A stretch of DNA of 64,000 nucleotides from Verrucomicrobiota bacterium. Its GTDB lineage: Bacteria > Verrucomicrobiota > Verrucomicrobiia > Opitutales > Coraliomargaritaceae. Shown piece by piece: positions 37,518-46,788 of this stretch (the stretch's first letter is position 1; each line of letters starts with the position of its first letter). Where the stretch lies: NCBI GenBank assembly GCA_039815375.1, contig JBCBZJ010000002.1:1-64000 (forward strand), read 5' to 3'. The notes under the pieces are model-generated. The model was not told where the DNA came from and did no database searches. It saw only the letters and a program-made list of their open reading frames with translations. Made by a program: the position numbers and the translations under genes.

Positions 37518-39113
37518 ATGGCCATGTCCAAAACCATTCATACTCTTATTCTCCTTGGTTCATTACTTACGTGGAATATTACGGCCCATGCTTCTGAAAG
37601 CAGCGCTCCGCTCTTGACGGTTTGTATCGAGAGTTACGAAGAGCTTATCGCCAGTGTGAACGAGCTTTCTGCAGCGATTGGGCAACCCGGGCTTGGTTCG
37701 ACACTGCCAATGATGATCGGACCTGGTGTCGTGAAGCTGGTGGATGAGGCGAAACCATGGCATGCTGCGGTATGGATGGAGTCGATGGTATCGCCTCCAA
37801 TCATCGCAGTTTTCCTTCCAATTACAGACTTCGAAGCATTTGAGGCTGCGATGCCATCGACTATAATTGGGCAGAGTGGGGCGAGTTTTTTCGATGCCGG
37901 CGATTCGGTTTTGGCATTGACGAGCAGTCCAGGTGTTCCAGTGCCGGAAGTCTGGTCGGAAAAGGCTCTGGCTTACACCTCAAATTTGGCAGTTCAGCCG
38001 AAGGAAACGATCGAGGTGAGTTTTGTTTTTAATGAGCAGATTCGGGCGGCTGCAATAGGCATGCTGGCAGCTTCGGAGCAGCAGTTACTCGCAAGCTTTG
38101 ACCAGTCGGATTATGAGGCAACGGGGATGGCTCCGGAGGAGATGAAAGGCCTGATGCAGGGTTACCTGGACTTCTATAAAACCGGGCTCAAGGAGACTAA
38201 GAGTATCCGTGTCGGATTGGGTATTCAGAATGAAGCGCTTGGTTATACTTTTGGCATTACCCCGAATGAGGGAAGTAGTTTGGCGGATCTTGCCCAATCA
38301 CAAAACGTGGACATCTCGTCGTTGGCTACCATGGTCGACTGGGACTCGGACCTTGCGATTGTTATGGGCATGGCGGATTTGCCTGTATCCTTGCAGACTT
38401 GGTCGAAGACATTGATGGAGGCGACAATGCCCTTTTACGGTTTGGAAACGAATGATGCAGCTGAGTGGGTTCAGGTCATCGAGAATACTACACCATTCCG
38501 TAGTGCCATGAGTGTGGATTTCGACGATGGCATGACCTTTTCAGGGTTCTATGAGATTTTGGATTCGCCTGCTGGTGAGGTTTACGAGAATTGGATCAAG
38601 CTGACTGAGTCTTTGAATTCAGAGGAGCAGGGAACCTCATCCTACTATTCTAAGATGGAGATAAAACGCGGGTATCGCAAAATGGATGGCCACGAGATCG
38701 ATCTGGTGGAGACCAGTCTTAATCAGGGTCATCCCATGTTTCAACTACCTGAGCAAAAGGAGGCTATGGATCATTTCTTTAAGGACGGCAGATTTGTCTA
38801 TGAAATGGCTCTGGTCGAGAATCGCATATATATTGCAACTGAGGGTAAATTGAATTTATCCGGAAAAGTTGATTCAGCGATGCCGGCCTGGCTATCCATC
38901 GGTCCAAAAACGCGTATGGTTTTCTCGATGGATTTCGGGGCGATCATGAAGATGGCTATGAGCATGTCGGGCGAACCGATCCCCGCCGTTTTTTCTGCTA
39001 TCGAGTCTGGTCAAGCACTGTCCACCAGTATTGTTGAGATCGATGGAACGGAGATCATTGTGAGAAGTGCTTTTCCGCTCTCTATATTGGAAGCAATGAC
39101 GGCGATCGAATAA
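37518..39113 (+). CDS. Hypothetical exported protein
   Basis: Long ORF with signal peptide (...WNITAHA|S); no recognised motif. Confidence 0.75.
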   Translation: MAMSKTIHTLILLGSLLTWNITAHASESSAPLLTVCIESYEELIASVNELSAAIGQPGLGSTLPMMIGPGVVKLVDEAKPWHAAVWMESMVSPPIIAVFLPITDFEAFEAAMPSTIIGQSGASFFDAGDSVLALTSSPGVPVPEVWSEKALAYTSNLAVQPKETIEVSFVFNEQIRAAAIGMLAASEQQLLASFDQSDYEATGMAPEEMKGLMQGYLDFYKTGLKETKSIRVGLGIQNEALGYTFGITPNEGSSLADLAQSQNVDISSLATMVDWDSDLAIVMGMADLPVSLQTWSKTLMEATMPFYGLETNDAAEWVQVIENTTPFRSAMSVDFDDGMTFSGFYEILDSPAGEVYENWIKLTESLNSEEQGTSSYYSKMEIKRGYRKMDGHEIDLVETSLNQGHPMFQLPEQKEAMDHFFKDGRFVYEMALVENRIYIATEGKLNLSGKVDSAMPAWLSIGPKTRMVFSMDFGAIMKMAMSMSGEPIPAVFSAIESGQALSTSIVEIDGTEIIVRSAFPLSILEAMTAIE

Positions 39114-39152
39114 GGTAAGCAGCTACCTTTTACAGTTGTGTTCTGGAGCCAG

Positions 39153-40172
39153 TTAATGCGCCGCGTCCAGATGCTCCCGAAGCAGGTCTCGGCCAAAGTC
39201 GTTTTCGAAGTCGCGCCATACTGTGTGCGAATGGTTGCCGCTGGTCTGCACGTTTGCGTATTCCATCAAAAACGTTGGTCCTTGCAGGCGATAATACATC
39301 GGCTTGCCTAACTTGCCGTCTCCAGACCATACAAAATAGACTGCCTCGATTCCTGCTGCGTCAATCTTTGCCCAGTCATCGTGGGCATAGTGAGCACGGT
39401 AGCGGTCAATATACTCGGCCAGCAGGCGACGAAGCTGGTCCCTCTGAGATTCACTCATTTCACGGGCGGGAAGTCCTTCGATTGGCAGTGGCTCGACTTG
39501 ACGTTCGGCGCGGGTGATTATCTCCCTCGGCATTTTTCCGATAACTGCCTTCGAGCGCTGTGTGGGGTCCAGCATTTGGAACAGCTTCAAGGCCTCTTCC
39601 GCCTCACCTTTCAGAGGATGAAATCCTGCGTGCTCGCCTTCATTAATATGGTCCGGGTTGGAGCCGAAAAATGATGGAGTGACCGCGACTTTTTTTCCAT
39701 CAATCACGGTTAGGTTGATCGAAAGATGGTGCCCTTCCAGACTCGCGCCCCAGCTTGCACCCGGTGCGGGTTCACCGAAAATGGTGACGTTATACTTTTT
39801 AGGGTCTCGGCGGTCCGACCGATTCGAGCGTTCCCATAAAATTCTTTCTGCATCGACAATACCTTCGGCCTTTGTGACGCCTGAGTTGCTTAGCGCTACA
39901 TGAAAGATCGCCCAGGATAATGCTTCTTGCTTCCCCTTCATATCAGCCCAAGCCAGCCCTTTGCGTTGCTTGGGGAAATAGTGCCAGTCCTCGCGATCCG
40001 GCGTATTGAATGGCAGCTGTGCGGTTTTGCGTTGCGCCTCGTCTAAAGAATCGAGAAAGGCCTGCGCCGCTTCGATTAGCGGTTCAACTCCGATGTGGTG
40101 CTTTCCAACTAAATTGGAGGAAGAGAGTAATAGTGAAGTCAGAGCTATCAGTGTGATCAGGGTAGAGCGCAT
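39153..40172 (-). CDS. DUF3500 domain protein, exported
   Basis: AQAFLDSL, R.DWHY.P, Y.VTIFGEP...WG...EGHHLS.N, YYR.QGP.F..EY...NH.HTVWRD..NDFG. Confidence 0.88.
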   Translation of the reverse strand: MRSTLITLIALTSLLLSSSNLVGKHHIGVEPLIEAAQAFLDSLDEAQRKTAQLPFNTPDREDWHYFPKQRKGLAWADMKGKQEALSWAIFHVALSNSGVTKAEGIVDAERILWERSNRSDRRDPKKYNVTIFGEPAPGASWGASLEGHHLSINLTVIDGKKVAVTPSFFGSNPDHINEGEHAGFHPLKGEAEEALKLFQMLDPTQRSKAVIGKMPREIITRAERQVEPLPIEGLPAREMSESQRDQLRRLLAEYIDRYRAHYAHDDWAKIDAAGIEAVYFVWSGDGKLGKPMYYRLQGPTFLMEYANVQTSGNHSHTVWRDFENDFGRDLLREHLDAAH

Positions 40173-40307
40173 GTATTATTCTGCTTAATTTTGAGTCCTT
40201 AGAACAAGCACATTACTAGCTATGCTGTAGAAAATACCACTTTTCCTTTCCGACAGCACTGTTGGCCAGCCTAAGATACTGGCGATGAGAAGAGTGCCGG
40301 TGATACG

Positions 40308-40841
40308 TCAAGGTTTTTGCTCAGGGTGATGGAGTAAGAAGCGGTATTCCACTTTTGACCAATAGGGCCCGGCGTAATCGATTCCAATACGGGGTGTTCG
40401 GGTGATGTCTTCTGCGCTCGAAATGAAGTTCTCATTCGGCTCGATCCAGAGGCCATTTTCCTGGCCGAGACGCAGGCTATTGAAGCGACCATCGATGCCG
40501 AGGCCACGGGTTAGCTTTCCTGGGCCGTCATAGTGTCCGGCACCTCTAATAAGAACCGCAGCAGGGTAGCCCTCGGCTCCGGTGACGATATTCAGAAGCC
40601 AGTGTATTCCGTAGCAGAGATAAACGTAGTTGCAGCCTCCGCGCTGAAACATCACTTCGGTGCGCTTTGTTCGACGATTCATATGGGCATGACAAGCTCC
40701 GTCCTCGGGGCCGTCGTAAGCTTCTGTTTCGTTGATCATCAACCGCTGAATTTCGCCCGCTGAATTTCGCAGGCAAAGAAACTGGCCGATTAAGTTCTCA
40801 GCGATGGAAATAGTATCAGAACTCTCGAAATCGATTATCAT
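40308..40841 (-). CDS. mpg: DNA-3-methyladenine glycosylase (MPG/AAG family)
   Basis: ETEAYDG.ED.ACH, YVYLCYGIHWLLNIV, AVLIR, GPGKL, TPRIGI. Confidence 0.93.
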   Translation of the reverse strand: MIIDFESSDTISIAENLIGQFLCLRNSAGEIQRLMINETEAYDGPEDGACHAHMNRRTKRTEVMFQRGGCNYVYLCYGIHWLLNIVTGAEGYPAAVLIRGAGHYDGPGKLTRGLGIDGRFNSLRLGQENGLWIEPNENFISSAEDITRTPRIGIDYAGPYWSKVEYRFLLHHPEQKP

Positions 40842-40961
40842 TTGCTTGAGTGAGTTTTTTGAGCATTCGTGAAAATCGCAATTAAGCGCAATCGATTATT
40901 TATACACCCTGCAATGATACTCTGAATGCGCCGTGGGTAAGAGCTCCTGCCTTGTGAAACG

Positions 40962-42089
40962 GTGATTGAGCTGTTCTATATGGTTATGTCTCAACTGAAA
41001 TTGGAGCTGGCCGAGGGGTGGGCAGAAGTGGCACCGCGTTCGGATGCGCCTGAGTTCGTGGCTGAGGTTGATGGACGTTTGGTGCACCTTGGGTCCGACT
41101 TCAGCTGCAGGCGAGACTTTGGTCCAGTCGGTCCGGTGGAATGCCCATTGGCGATCGATCAACTTAACCTTCGCGTTTTTCGATATGTATCTAAAGCAGG
41201 CTTCGGAAGTGGTCAGGACTACAGCCATATACGCGCTTTTGATCTAAGAACGGGTAAGAGCTTTCCGGTCATAGAGCTTCCGTTGAATCAGTGGGTGCTT
41301 TGGATGCTCGAGTGGATTGGTGGCAGCGAGGGGAAAGTTGGGCAGCTCATTGGCCTGGTTGCCAGTGACCGCACGAATGCACGGGGCGTTACTATTGAGC
41401 ACCAGTTGTTTGCACTTACTCCGGGAGAGCCCGCCATCCGTCGTAGGCCGCTTTGTCGGGATGCATACCGCCCGCTGGCCTTTAGCCGAAGGCGGCGCGA
41501 GTTGGTCTTCTCAGGAGCGGAGGGAACCTACCTCCTCGGACTTAATGGTGAGCGTAAGCAATCGCTATTCAAGGGGCGCTGCACAACAGCAGAAGGTGCC
41601 TCCTTCGATCCCTTGGGTGCTGCACGAGTTGTTTTAGCTGGGGGAGGAATTCACATCTGGGATACTGAATCCGGTCGCTGCAATCAATTGGCGGCAAAGG
41701 GCCGCCACCCGGTTTGGTCGAGTGACGGCCATCGGATCTACTTCAGGGAGAGCAGTTCGGATTTGCATTATATCGATCTTTCAAACGGGGAGCGGACTTG
41801 TCTTCTCTCAGTAGCAGGACAACAGGCGCGCGAGCTTTGGTTTGCCCAGCCGATTTGCTTTAGTCCGTGCAGTCGCTATGCTGCGGCTCCTGTCTCATCA
41901 AGGAGGCTGCGTGGTGTGCAACAAAACGCGAGTTCCGGTGGTGAGCGTGAGCGGGTCTATCGCTACGCGCATGCCACAGTGATCATGGATTTTGAAAAGT
42001 GCGAACTCTGGCTATGCGAAGGTATGGCCTCTCGGATCGAATGGTTGGGAGGTGCTCGTAAAAAAGTTCCCGCTTCAGCTGTTTGCTGA
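40962..42089 (+). CDS. Hypothetical protein with TolB/WD40-like beta-propeller segments
   Basis: P.WSSDG..IYF, ASFDP.G and FSP.SRY repeats; start uncertain. Confidence 0.6.
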   Translation: MIELFYMVMSQLKLELAEGWAEVAPRSDAPEFVAEVDGRLVHLGSDFSCRRDFGPVGPVECPLAIDQLNLRVFRYVSKAGFGSGQDYSHIRAFDLRTGKSFPVIELPLNQWVLWMLEWIGGSEGKVGQLIGLVASDRTNARGVTIEHQLFALTPGEPAIRRRPLCRDAYRPLAFSRRRRELVFSGAEGTYLLGLNGERKQSLFKGRCTTAEGASFDPLGAARVVLAGGGIHIWDTESGRCNQLAAKGRHPVWSSDGHRIYFRESSSDLHYIDLSNGERTCLLSVAGQQARELWFAQPICFSPCSRYAAAPVSSRRLRGVQQNASSGGERERVYRYAHATVIMDFEKCELWLCEGMASRIEWLGGARKKVPASAVC

Positions 42090-42125
42090 AAGGGGTAGCT
42101 CAGCGAGCAAGTCGTCATTCGTATG

Positions 42126-42320
42126 CTACCCGATGTCGACCGCACGTGCAATTTGAAGCCTCATGACGAATGCCTGCTTAATGAAGTCCTTGTTCTTCTG
42201 CCTAAAAGCTGCAATCGTATCGTGATCAGGATGATGATCTGCCGTAAGATAACGAACGGATACGTTCTAGTAAGTTGCTCGCCTAATCTTACGTGAAACT
42301 CTGACTGTAGTAATGTAAGA
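42126..42320 (-). pseudogene. Degenerate IS1182-family transposase fragment (DUF772 region)
   Basis: Manual translation SRKIRRATY*NVSVRYLTADHHPDHDTIAAFRQKN...AFV; in-frame TAG at 42267-42269; no DDE domain. Confidence 0.8.
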
Positions 42321-42469
42321 ACGGAGCCAACTTAGAAATCTATCTTAAATGGTTTTTAGTTTTTGGTTTGTTTCACGCCTCCTTTAGAGATTGAAACCAG
42401 TATCTTCCTGTCGCAAAGGCTTTTGAATTGAGTTGATTGTAGGTTTTGGTAAACTTGCAGTTAGGTTTT

Positions 42470-43603
42470 ATGCCACGTATACAATCTCTTATCTGGTTGC
42501 TCTTACTGTTGCTAACCACACTTCAACTCTCGGCTAAGTGGGAAACACTCGAGGGTTGCCGATTGGTTTCCAGCTCTAAAAATGATGGGGATTCCTTTGT
42601 CGTTAAGCACGATGGAGAGACTTACACCTTTCGCTTATACTTTGTGGATACGCCGGAAACCGGGCTCTTCTATCCGGATCGAGTTGAAGAGCAGGCCGAG
42701 TATTTTCGAGCGAATTTGGATGAGATGCTCCATATCGGTAGAAAATCGAAAGATTTTGCCCGGCAATTTCTTTCCGGGCGTTTTACCGTTCATACGCAGT
42801 GGAGTGATGCTCTGGGGTACGGAAAACGTTATTCAGCCATCTTGTATAATCAAAAAGGGGAGAGTTTGATCGAAGCCTTGGTGTCTGAAGGCTTTGCGCG
42901 GATCAAAGGTTTTAAGCCCGGCTCCGCCTGGCCCGGAGGTGTGGACTCGGATGATTACGGCCAGCTTCTCGAAAGACTGGAACGCGAGGCAAAGCGCGAT
43001 AAGGAGGGAGCGTGGCGTAAGGGTGGAGGCATGGCCAGTGAATCTGACGAAAAAGCAAAACCTGCTCCATACGATCGGACGAATACAGAAAGTCCGGTCG
43101 AGACGCTGGGTGATGATTTAATTGACCTTAATCAGGCGAATGAGATTGAGCTCGCCGAGCTTCCGGGGATTGGGCCCGCATATGCTAAGGGGATTGTCGA
43201 AAATCGGCCCTTCTTCCATGTTGACGATGTAGTTCGAGTTCACGGGATTGGGCCGACTACACTTGAACGCTTGAGGCCGCTGGCAAAGGTGACGCTCCCA
43301 TCGAGCTTCCAGAACACAGCACGTTTCTACCTTCAAGACCCTCAGCGGTGGTCCAACAGTGAGGTGCAGTTGCGCGTTGCAGGATTGACTGTAACTGAAG
43401 CTGAGGCTCCCGATGGCTTTAGTCTTTTTAAGGCCGAAACGGGTTCGGCTGAAATTGATGGCGGATTGTTGCCGCTCTATTTACCGGAATCGCGAATACA
43501 GAATGCTCTTGCATACTTCGAGCGAAGCAATGAATCGGTAATGCTCTCGGTCTACTTCTTCGAGTATGCTGATGAGTGGGTGGCGGTGTTACGCCAGAAT
43601 TAG
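42470..43603 (+). CDS. Exported thermonuclease (SNase) plus ComEA-like helix-hairpin-helix protein
   Basis: DGDSF, RLYFVDTPE, LVSEGFAR; IDLNQA...L.ELPGIGP..A..I...RPF..VDD..RV.GIG. Confidence 0.85.
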   Translation: MPRIQSLIWLLLLLLTTLQLSAKWETLEGCRLVSSSKNDGDSFVVKHDGETYTFRLYFVDTPETGLFYPDRVEEQAEYFRANLDEMLHIGRKSKDFARQFLSGRFTVHTQWSDALGYGKRYSAILYNQKGESLIEALVSEGFARIKGFKPGSAWPGGVDSDDYGQLLERLEREAKRDKEGAWRKGGGMASESDEKAKPAPYDRTNTESPVETLGDDLIDLNQANEIELAELPGIGPAYAKGIVENRPFFHVDDVVRVHGIGPTTLERLRPLAKVTLPSSFQNTARFYLQDPQRWSNSEVQLRVAGLTVTEAEAPDGFSLFKAETGSAEIDGGLLPLYLPESRIQNALAYFERSNESVMLSVYFFEYADEWVAVLRQN

Positions 43604-43658
43604 GCTTTCAGCACTTGGTAAAAATGATGCGACTTGCGGAGTGATCTCAGGAACGTTT

Positions 43659-44450
43659 CTAAGTTTCCCTTCTCCGGCCATTTGTAAAGCTTCGACCGAC
43701 TTGCGCGATTTCACGCCAGAGCTGAATCGTGCTTGCGATTGCAAAACTCAGTATCATCACGGCTAGGCAGATTTTTCCGGTATTTTGGTAGCTTGAGATG
43801 ATATCTGCGGCCGACCAGCCGGCTGCACGCAGGTAGTTCATATCGCCACCTTCGTCTTCGTGCCCATGTAGCATCGTGCCCCATGGTATATCCGCAGCCG
43901 ACTGTGCATTTTGCCAAAAAGTGAAAGTTTCCGCGAAGGTAGAAGTGCCTAAGAAGAGGAAAAGATACTTGCAGTATTGCCATTTGAACTTCTCCGGGAA
44001 ATCCATGAAGTAGGCTATGATCATCAAAGCGCTGAGAATATACTCGCCGCCAATACCTCCCCAATAACTCCACAATTCATATTCATGATGAGGCCAGAAC
44101 CAAGTCATGTAGGCCTGTAGCGGGGCAATCATCACTGCGAGAATCATTGCCCACGGCTTACGCTCGTTCCAGCCCGTGTAGAAAAGCACACCGAGTAGAA
44201 ATATGATTCCGAAGTAGACGAAGTTCGATTTAGTCTCTTCGATGTTTGCCCATCCGATCGGCAGTGGCAGCGCCCGGTAGCCACTAAGCCAAGCGACCGT
44301 AGCATGCCCGAATTCGTGAATCCAGATATGAAACCCTACTAAAAGATTTACAAAGAAGGTTTGGTTGATTCCCACCGTAATCGAGATTACTATAGGAAAC
44401 GCGATGATTTCAGCACGTTTCGATATGGCAGATTGATCGGTGGAAGTCAT
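43659..44450 (-). CDS. Membrane zinc metallopeptidase-like protein (M50-like)
   Basis: IHEFGH within a TM segment, several TMs, distal GD. Confidence 0.65.
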   Translation of the reverse strand: MTSTDQSAISKRAEIIAFPIVISITVGINQTFFVNLLVGFHIWIHEFGHATVAWLSGYRALPLPIGWANIEETKSNFVYFGIIFLLGVLFYTGWNERKPWAMILAVMIAPLQAYMTWFWPHHEYELWSYWGGIGGEYILSALMIIAYFMDFPEKFKWQYCKYLFLFLGTSTFAETFTFWQNAQSAADIPWGTMLHGHEDEGGDMNYLRAAGWSAADIISSYQNTGKICLAVMILSFAIASTIQLWREIAQVGRSFTNGRRRET

Positions 44451-44740
44451 TCAATTGGAGAGTTTTCTGCTATTTCGATTCGATAGATGAATGAATCTCT
44501 AGTTTCATAGTAGATAATTGTTTATCACCTATAGGCTACAGGAAAAGAACTCCCGAATATGTCCTAAGCTCGCCGATAGATCCCTAACTGATTAGATAAC
44601 TGAATGTTGGGTTCTAAATAAGAGACTGTTTCCTTTTTCCAGAGGTTAGAGGCGAGTCCTTAAAGATTGCGTCTGACTGGTTTTTCTCCTGTTAAAATAA
44701 GGCCGATTCAGACAAGTCGTTAGTAAAATCTTGTGTGATT

Positions 44741-45139
44741 ATGAAATGGCTCAACAGACCCCTAAAAGTCGGAAAACTTCGCGTCAGCACAATGGACCTT
44801 GTTTCCAGTGTTGCAGCTGCTCTGGGCTATGGAGGCTGGGCTGTTTTTGTTAACTATGAAGTTTCTCCTATGTCCGGGTGGCGTGCTGGTTGTGTCCAGG
44901 GAAGCTATGCCTTCTGCTCAACTCTTTTTCTGACCATTGCGATTCGAAAAATTTACTATCTCGGGGGCTCGGGTAAGCGAGGCAGGCTTATCGCATTTGC
45001 CGTTGGAATAGTGATTATTATTAGCCTGCCTGCCACTTTGAACCTGATCGCTCAAACGCCTAATGTGATTATGACAATCCTTCCCGGGATTTTAATCGGC
45101 AGCGTATACGTGGGTATGTTTGCATATTTGTTGGAATAA
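44741..45139 (+). CDS. Small membrane hypothetical protein
   Basis: 4 TM segments; first gene of a co-oriented run. Confidence 0.7.
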   Translation: MKWLNRPLKVGKLRVSTMDLVSSVAAALGYGGWAVFVNYEVSPMSGWRAGCVQGSYAFCSTLFLTIAIRKIYYLGGSGKRGRLIAFAVGIVIIISLPATLNLIAQTPNVIMTILPGILIGSVYVGMFAYLLE

Positions 45140-45185
45140 CTTGAGAGGCTGCTCTTTCCAAAGCAAAACCCAATATCTCCAAAGC

Positions 45186-45656
45186 ATGATTCTTCTGAAA
45201 CAGATTCTCTCGATTCTAGCCCTTCTTTCTGTTGGCCTTATTGCGAATGCGAAAGAACCCATTTATACCGGCACTTTTAGCAATATTGCGCTCGGTGGAT
45301 ACGACTCTGTATCTTATTTTGACAGCAAGGGTAAACCTTTGAAAGGCAGCAAGGCCCATACTCTCGAATGGCGTGGTGCCAAATGGCGATTCATCAGCGA
45401 AGCAAACTTGAAAAAGTTTGAAGCGAACCCCGAAGCATTCGCGCCAAGCTATGGAGGCTACTGTGCCTGGGCGATCTCTCAAGGCAAACTTGCCAAAGGT
45501 GATCCCAGTGTTTTTGCTCTGGTCGATGGCAAATTATTTCTTAACTACAATGCTGAGATTGAGGAACGTTGGCAGGCAAATCGCGATGCTTTTATCGAAG
45601 AAGCTGAAGTTAAATACCCCAAACTAGTTACCCTGGGAGAACCTCCTAAAAACTGA
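45186..45656 (+). CDS. YHS domain-containing (seleno)protein family, Cys form, exported
   Basis: GYDSVSYF, W.F.SEAN..KF..NPE..AP.YGGYCAWA, DP......DGKLFLNY. Confidence 0.9.
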   Translation: MILLKQILSILALLSVGLIANAKEPIYTGTFSNIALGGYDSVSYFDSKGKPLKGSKAHTLEWRGAKWRFISEANLKKFEANPEAFAPSYGGYCAWAISQGKLAKGDPSVFALVDGKLFLNYNAEIEERWQANRDAFIEEAEVKYPKLVTLGEPPKN

Positions 45657-46784
45657 ATGGCATCAATTAAAGAGAGCTGGATTCTAGAAGAACATTTTAG
45701 TCGTCCGGACGATGCTTCATCGAGCAAGCATGGGGAGACTTCATTGTTCGAGTTTTGGCCTATGTGGTTGATGTATGCACCTGTGGCTCTGCAGTGGATA
45801 GGACTTACACTGAAGTATCGTTCGTTCACCCTTCCGTTTGTGGCCAATCCAAAGCTGACTCTTTCAGGTATGGTAGGGATGCCTAAGAGTGAATTGCTGG
45901 CTCAGGCAACCGGCACACTGAATGATCGTATTCTGCCTTGGATTGTATATGCGAAAACAGAAGCATCTCCCGAAGGTCAGGTGAGCCAAATGCTGGAGCT
46001 TGCGGAGGAATCAGGAATTCATCTTCCCTTCGTCTGTAAGCCTGATATCGGTTGCCGAGGAGTTGGCGTAAAGCGTGTGGAATCCAAGCAGCAACTCGAA
46101 GCTATTTTGAAAAGCTATCCGGTGGGCGCAGGCCTCTTGATTCAGCGCTTGGCAAGTCATGAGCCCGAAGCCGGAGTCTTTTTCGTTAAGGATCCCGATA
46201 CAGGAAGTGTCAGTATCCCGTCCATGACTTTCAAGTTTACGCCTTCTATAGTTGGAGACGGGCGACATACCTTTGGACAACTTGTGGAAAAAGATCCGCG
46301 AGCTGGTCGACTTATTCACCTTTACAAAGCAAGGCATGAGGATCGCTGGAATGAGGTTCTCAGGTTCAACGAAACGGTGAAACTTGTATTCTCTGCAAGT
46401 CATAGTAAGGGGGCTATTTTCAAAGATGCACGTGATTTTGTGACACCTACTTTAGTTCAAGAACTAGGCCACCTTATGGAGGGCCTTCCAGAGTTTTACT
46501 ACGGGCGCTTGGACGTAAAATTTCCTGATATTGCATCCCTTCAGTGTGGGGAGGGGCTCGAGATCGTCGAAATCAACGGTGCCAGTTCCGAATCAATACA
46601 TATTTGGGATAAGGACGCACAATTGAAAGACGCAGTTAAACAACTTCTTTGGCAGTACCGGACCTTATTTCGAATCGGAGCCAGTCATCGTAAACGCGGT
46701 ATACGTCCTCCAGGCATGCGGAAATTCCTTCAGCGCTTAGGGGCCGAACGACGCCTAACCCGGAGCTACCCCGTAACGGATTAG
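45657..46784 (+). CDS. ATP-grasp ligase (D-Ala-D-Ala ligase-like, uncharacterised subfamily)
   Basis: FEFWP, ANP, KPDIGCRGVGV, EAGVF, GR.DVK, VEING..SE..HIWD. Confidence 0.85.
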   Translation: MASIKESWILEEHFSRPDDASSSKHGETSLFEFWPMWLMYAPVALQWIGLTLKYRSFTLPFVANPKLTLSGMVGMPKSELLAQATGTLNDRILPWIVYAKTEASPEGQVSQMLELAEESGIHLPFVCKPDIGCRGVGVKRVESKQQLEAILKSYPVGAGLLIQRLASHEPEAGVFFVKDPDTGSVSIPSMTFKFTPSIVGDGRHTFGQLVEKDPRAGRLIHLYKARHEDRWNEVLRFNETVKLVFSASHSKGAIFKDARDFVTPTLVQELGHLMEGLPEFYYGRLDVKFPDIASLQCGEGLEIVEINGASSESIHIWDKDAQLKDAVKQLLWQYRTLFRIGASHRKRGIRPPGMRKFLQRLGAERRLTRSYPVTD

Positions 46785-46788
46785 ACCT

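Noticed and set aside
45186..45656. Selenoprotein form of the YHS protein
   Set aside because: The GGYC position is encoded by TGT (Cys); there is no in-frame TGA
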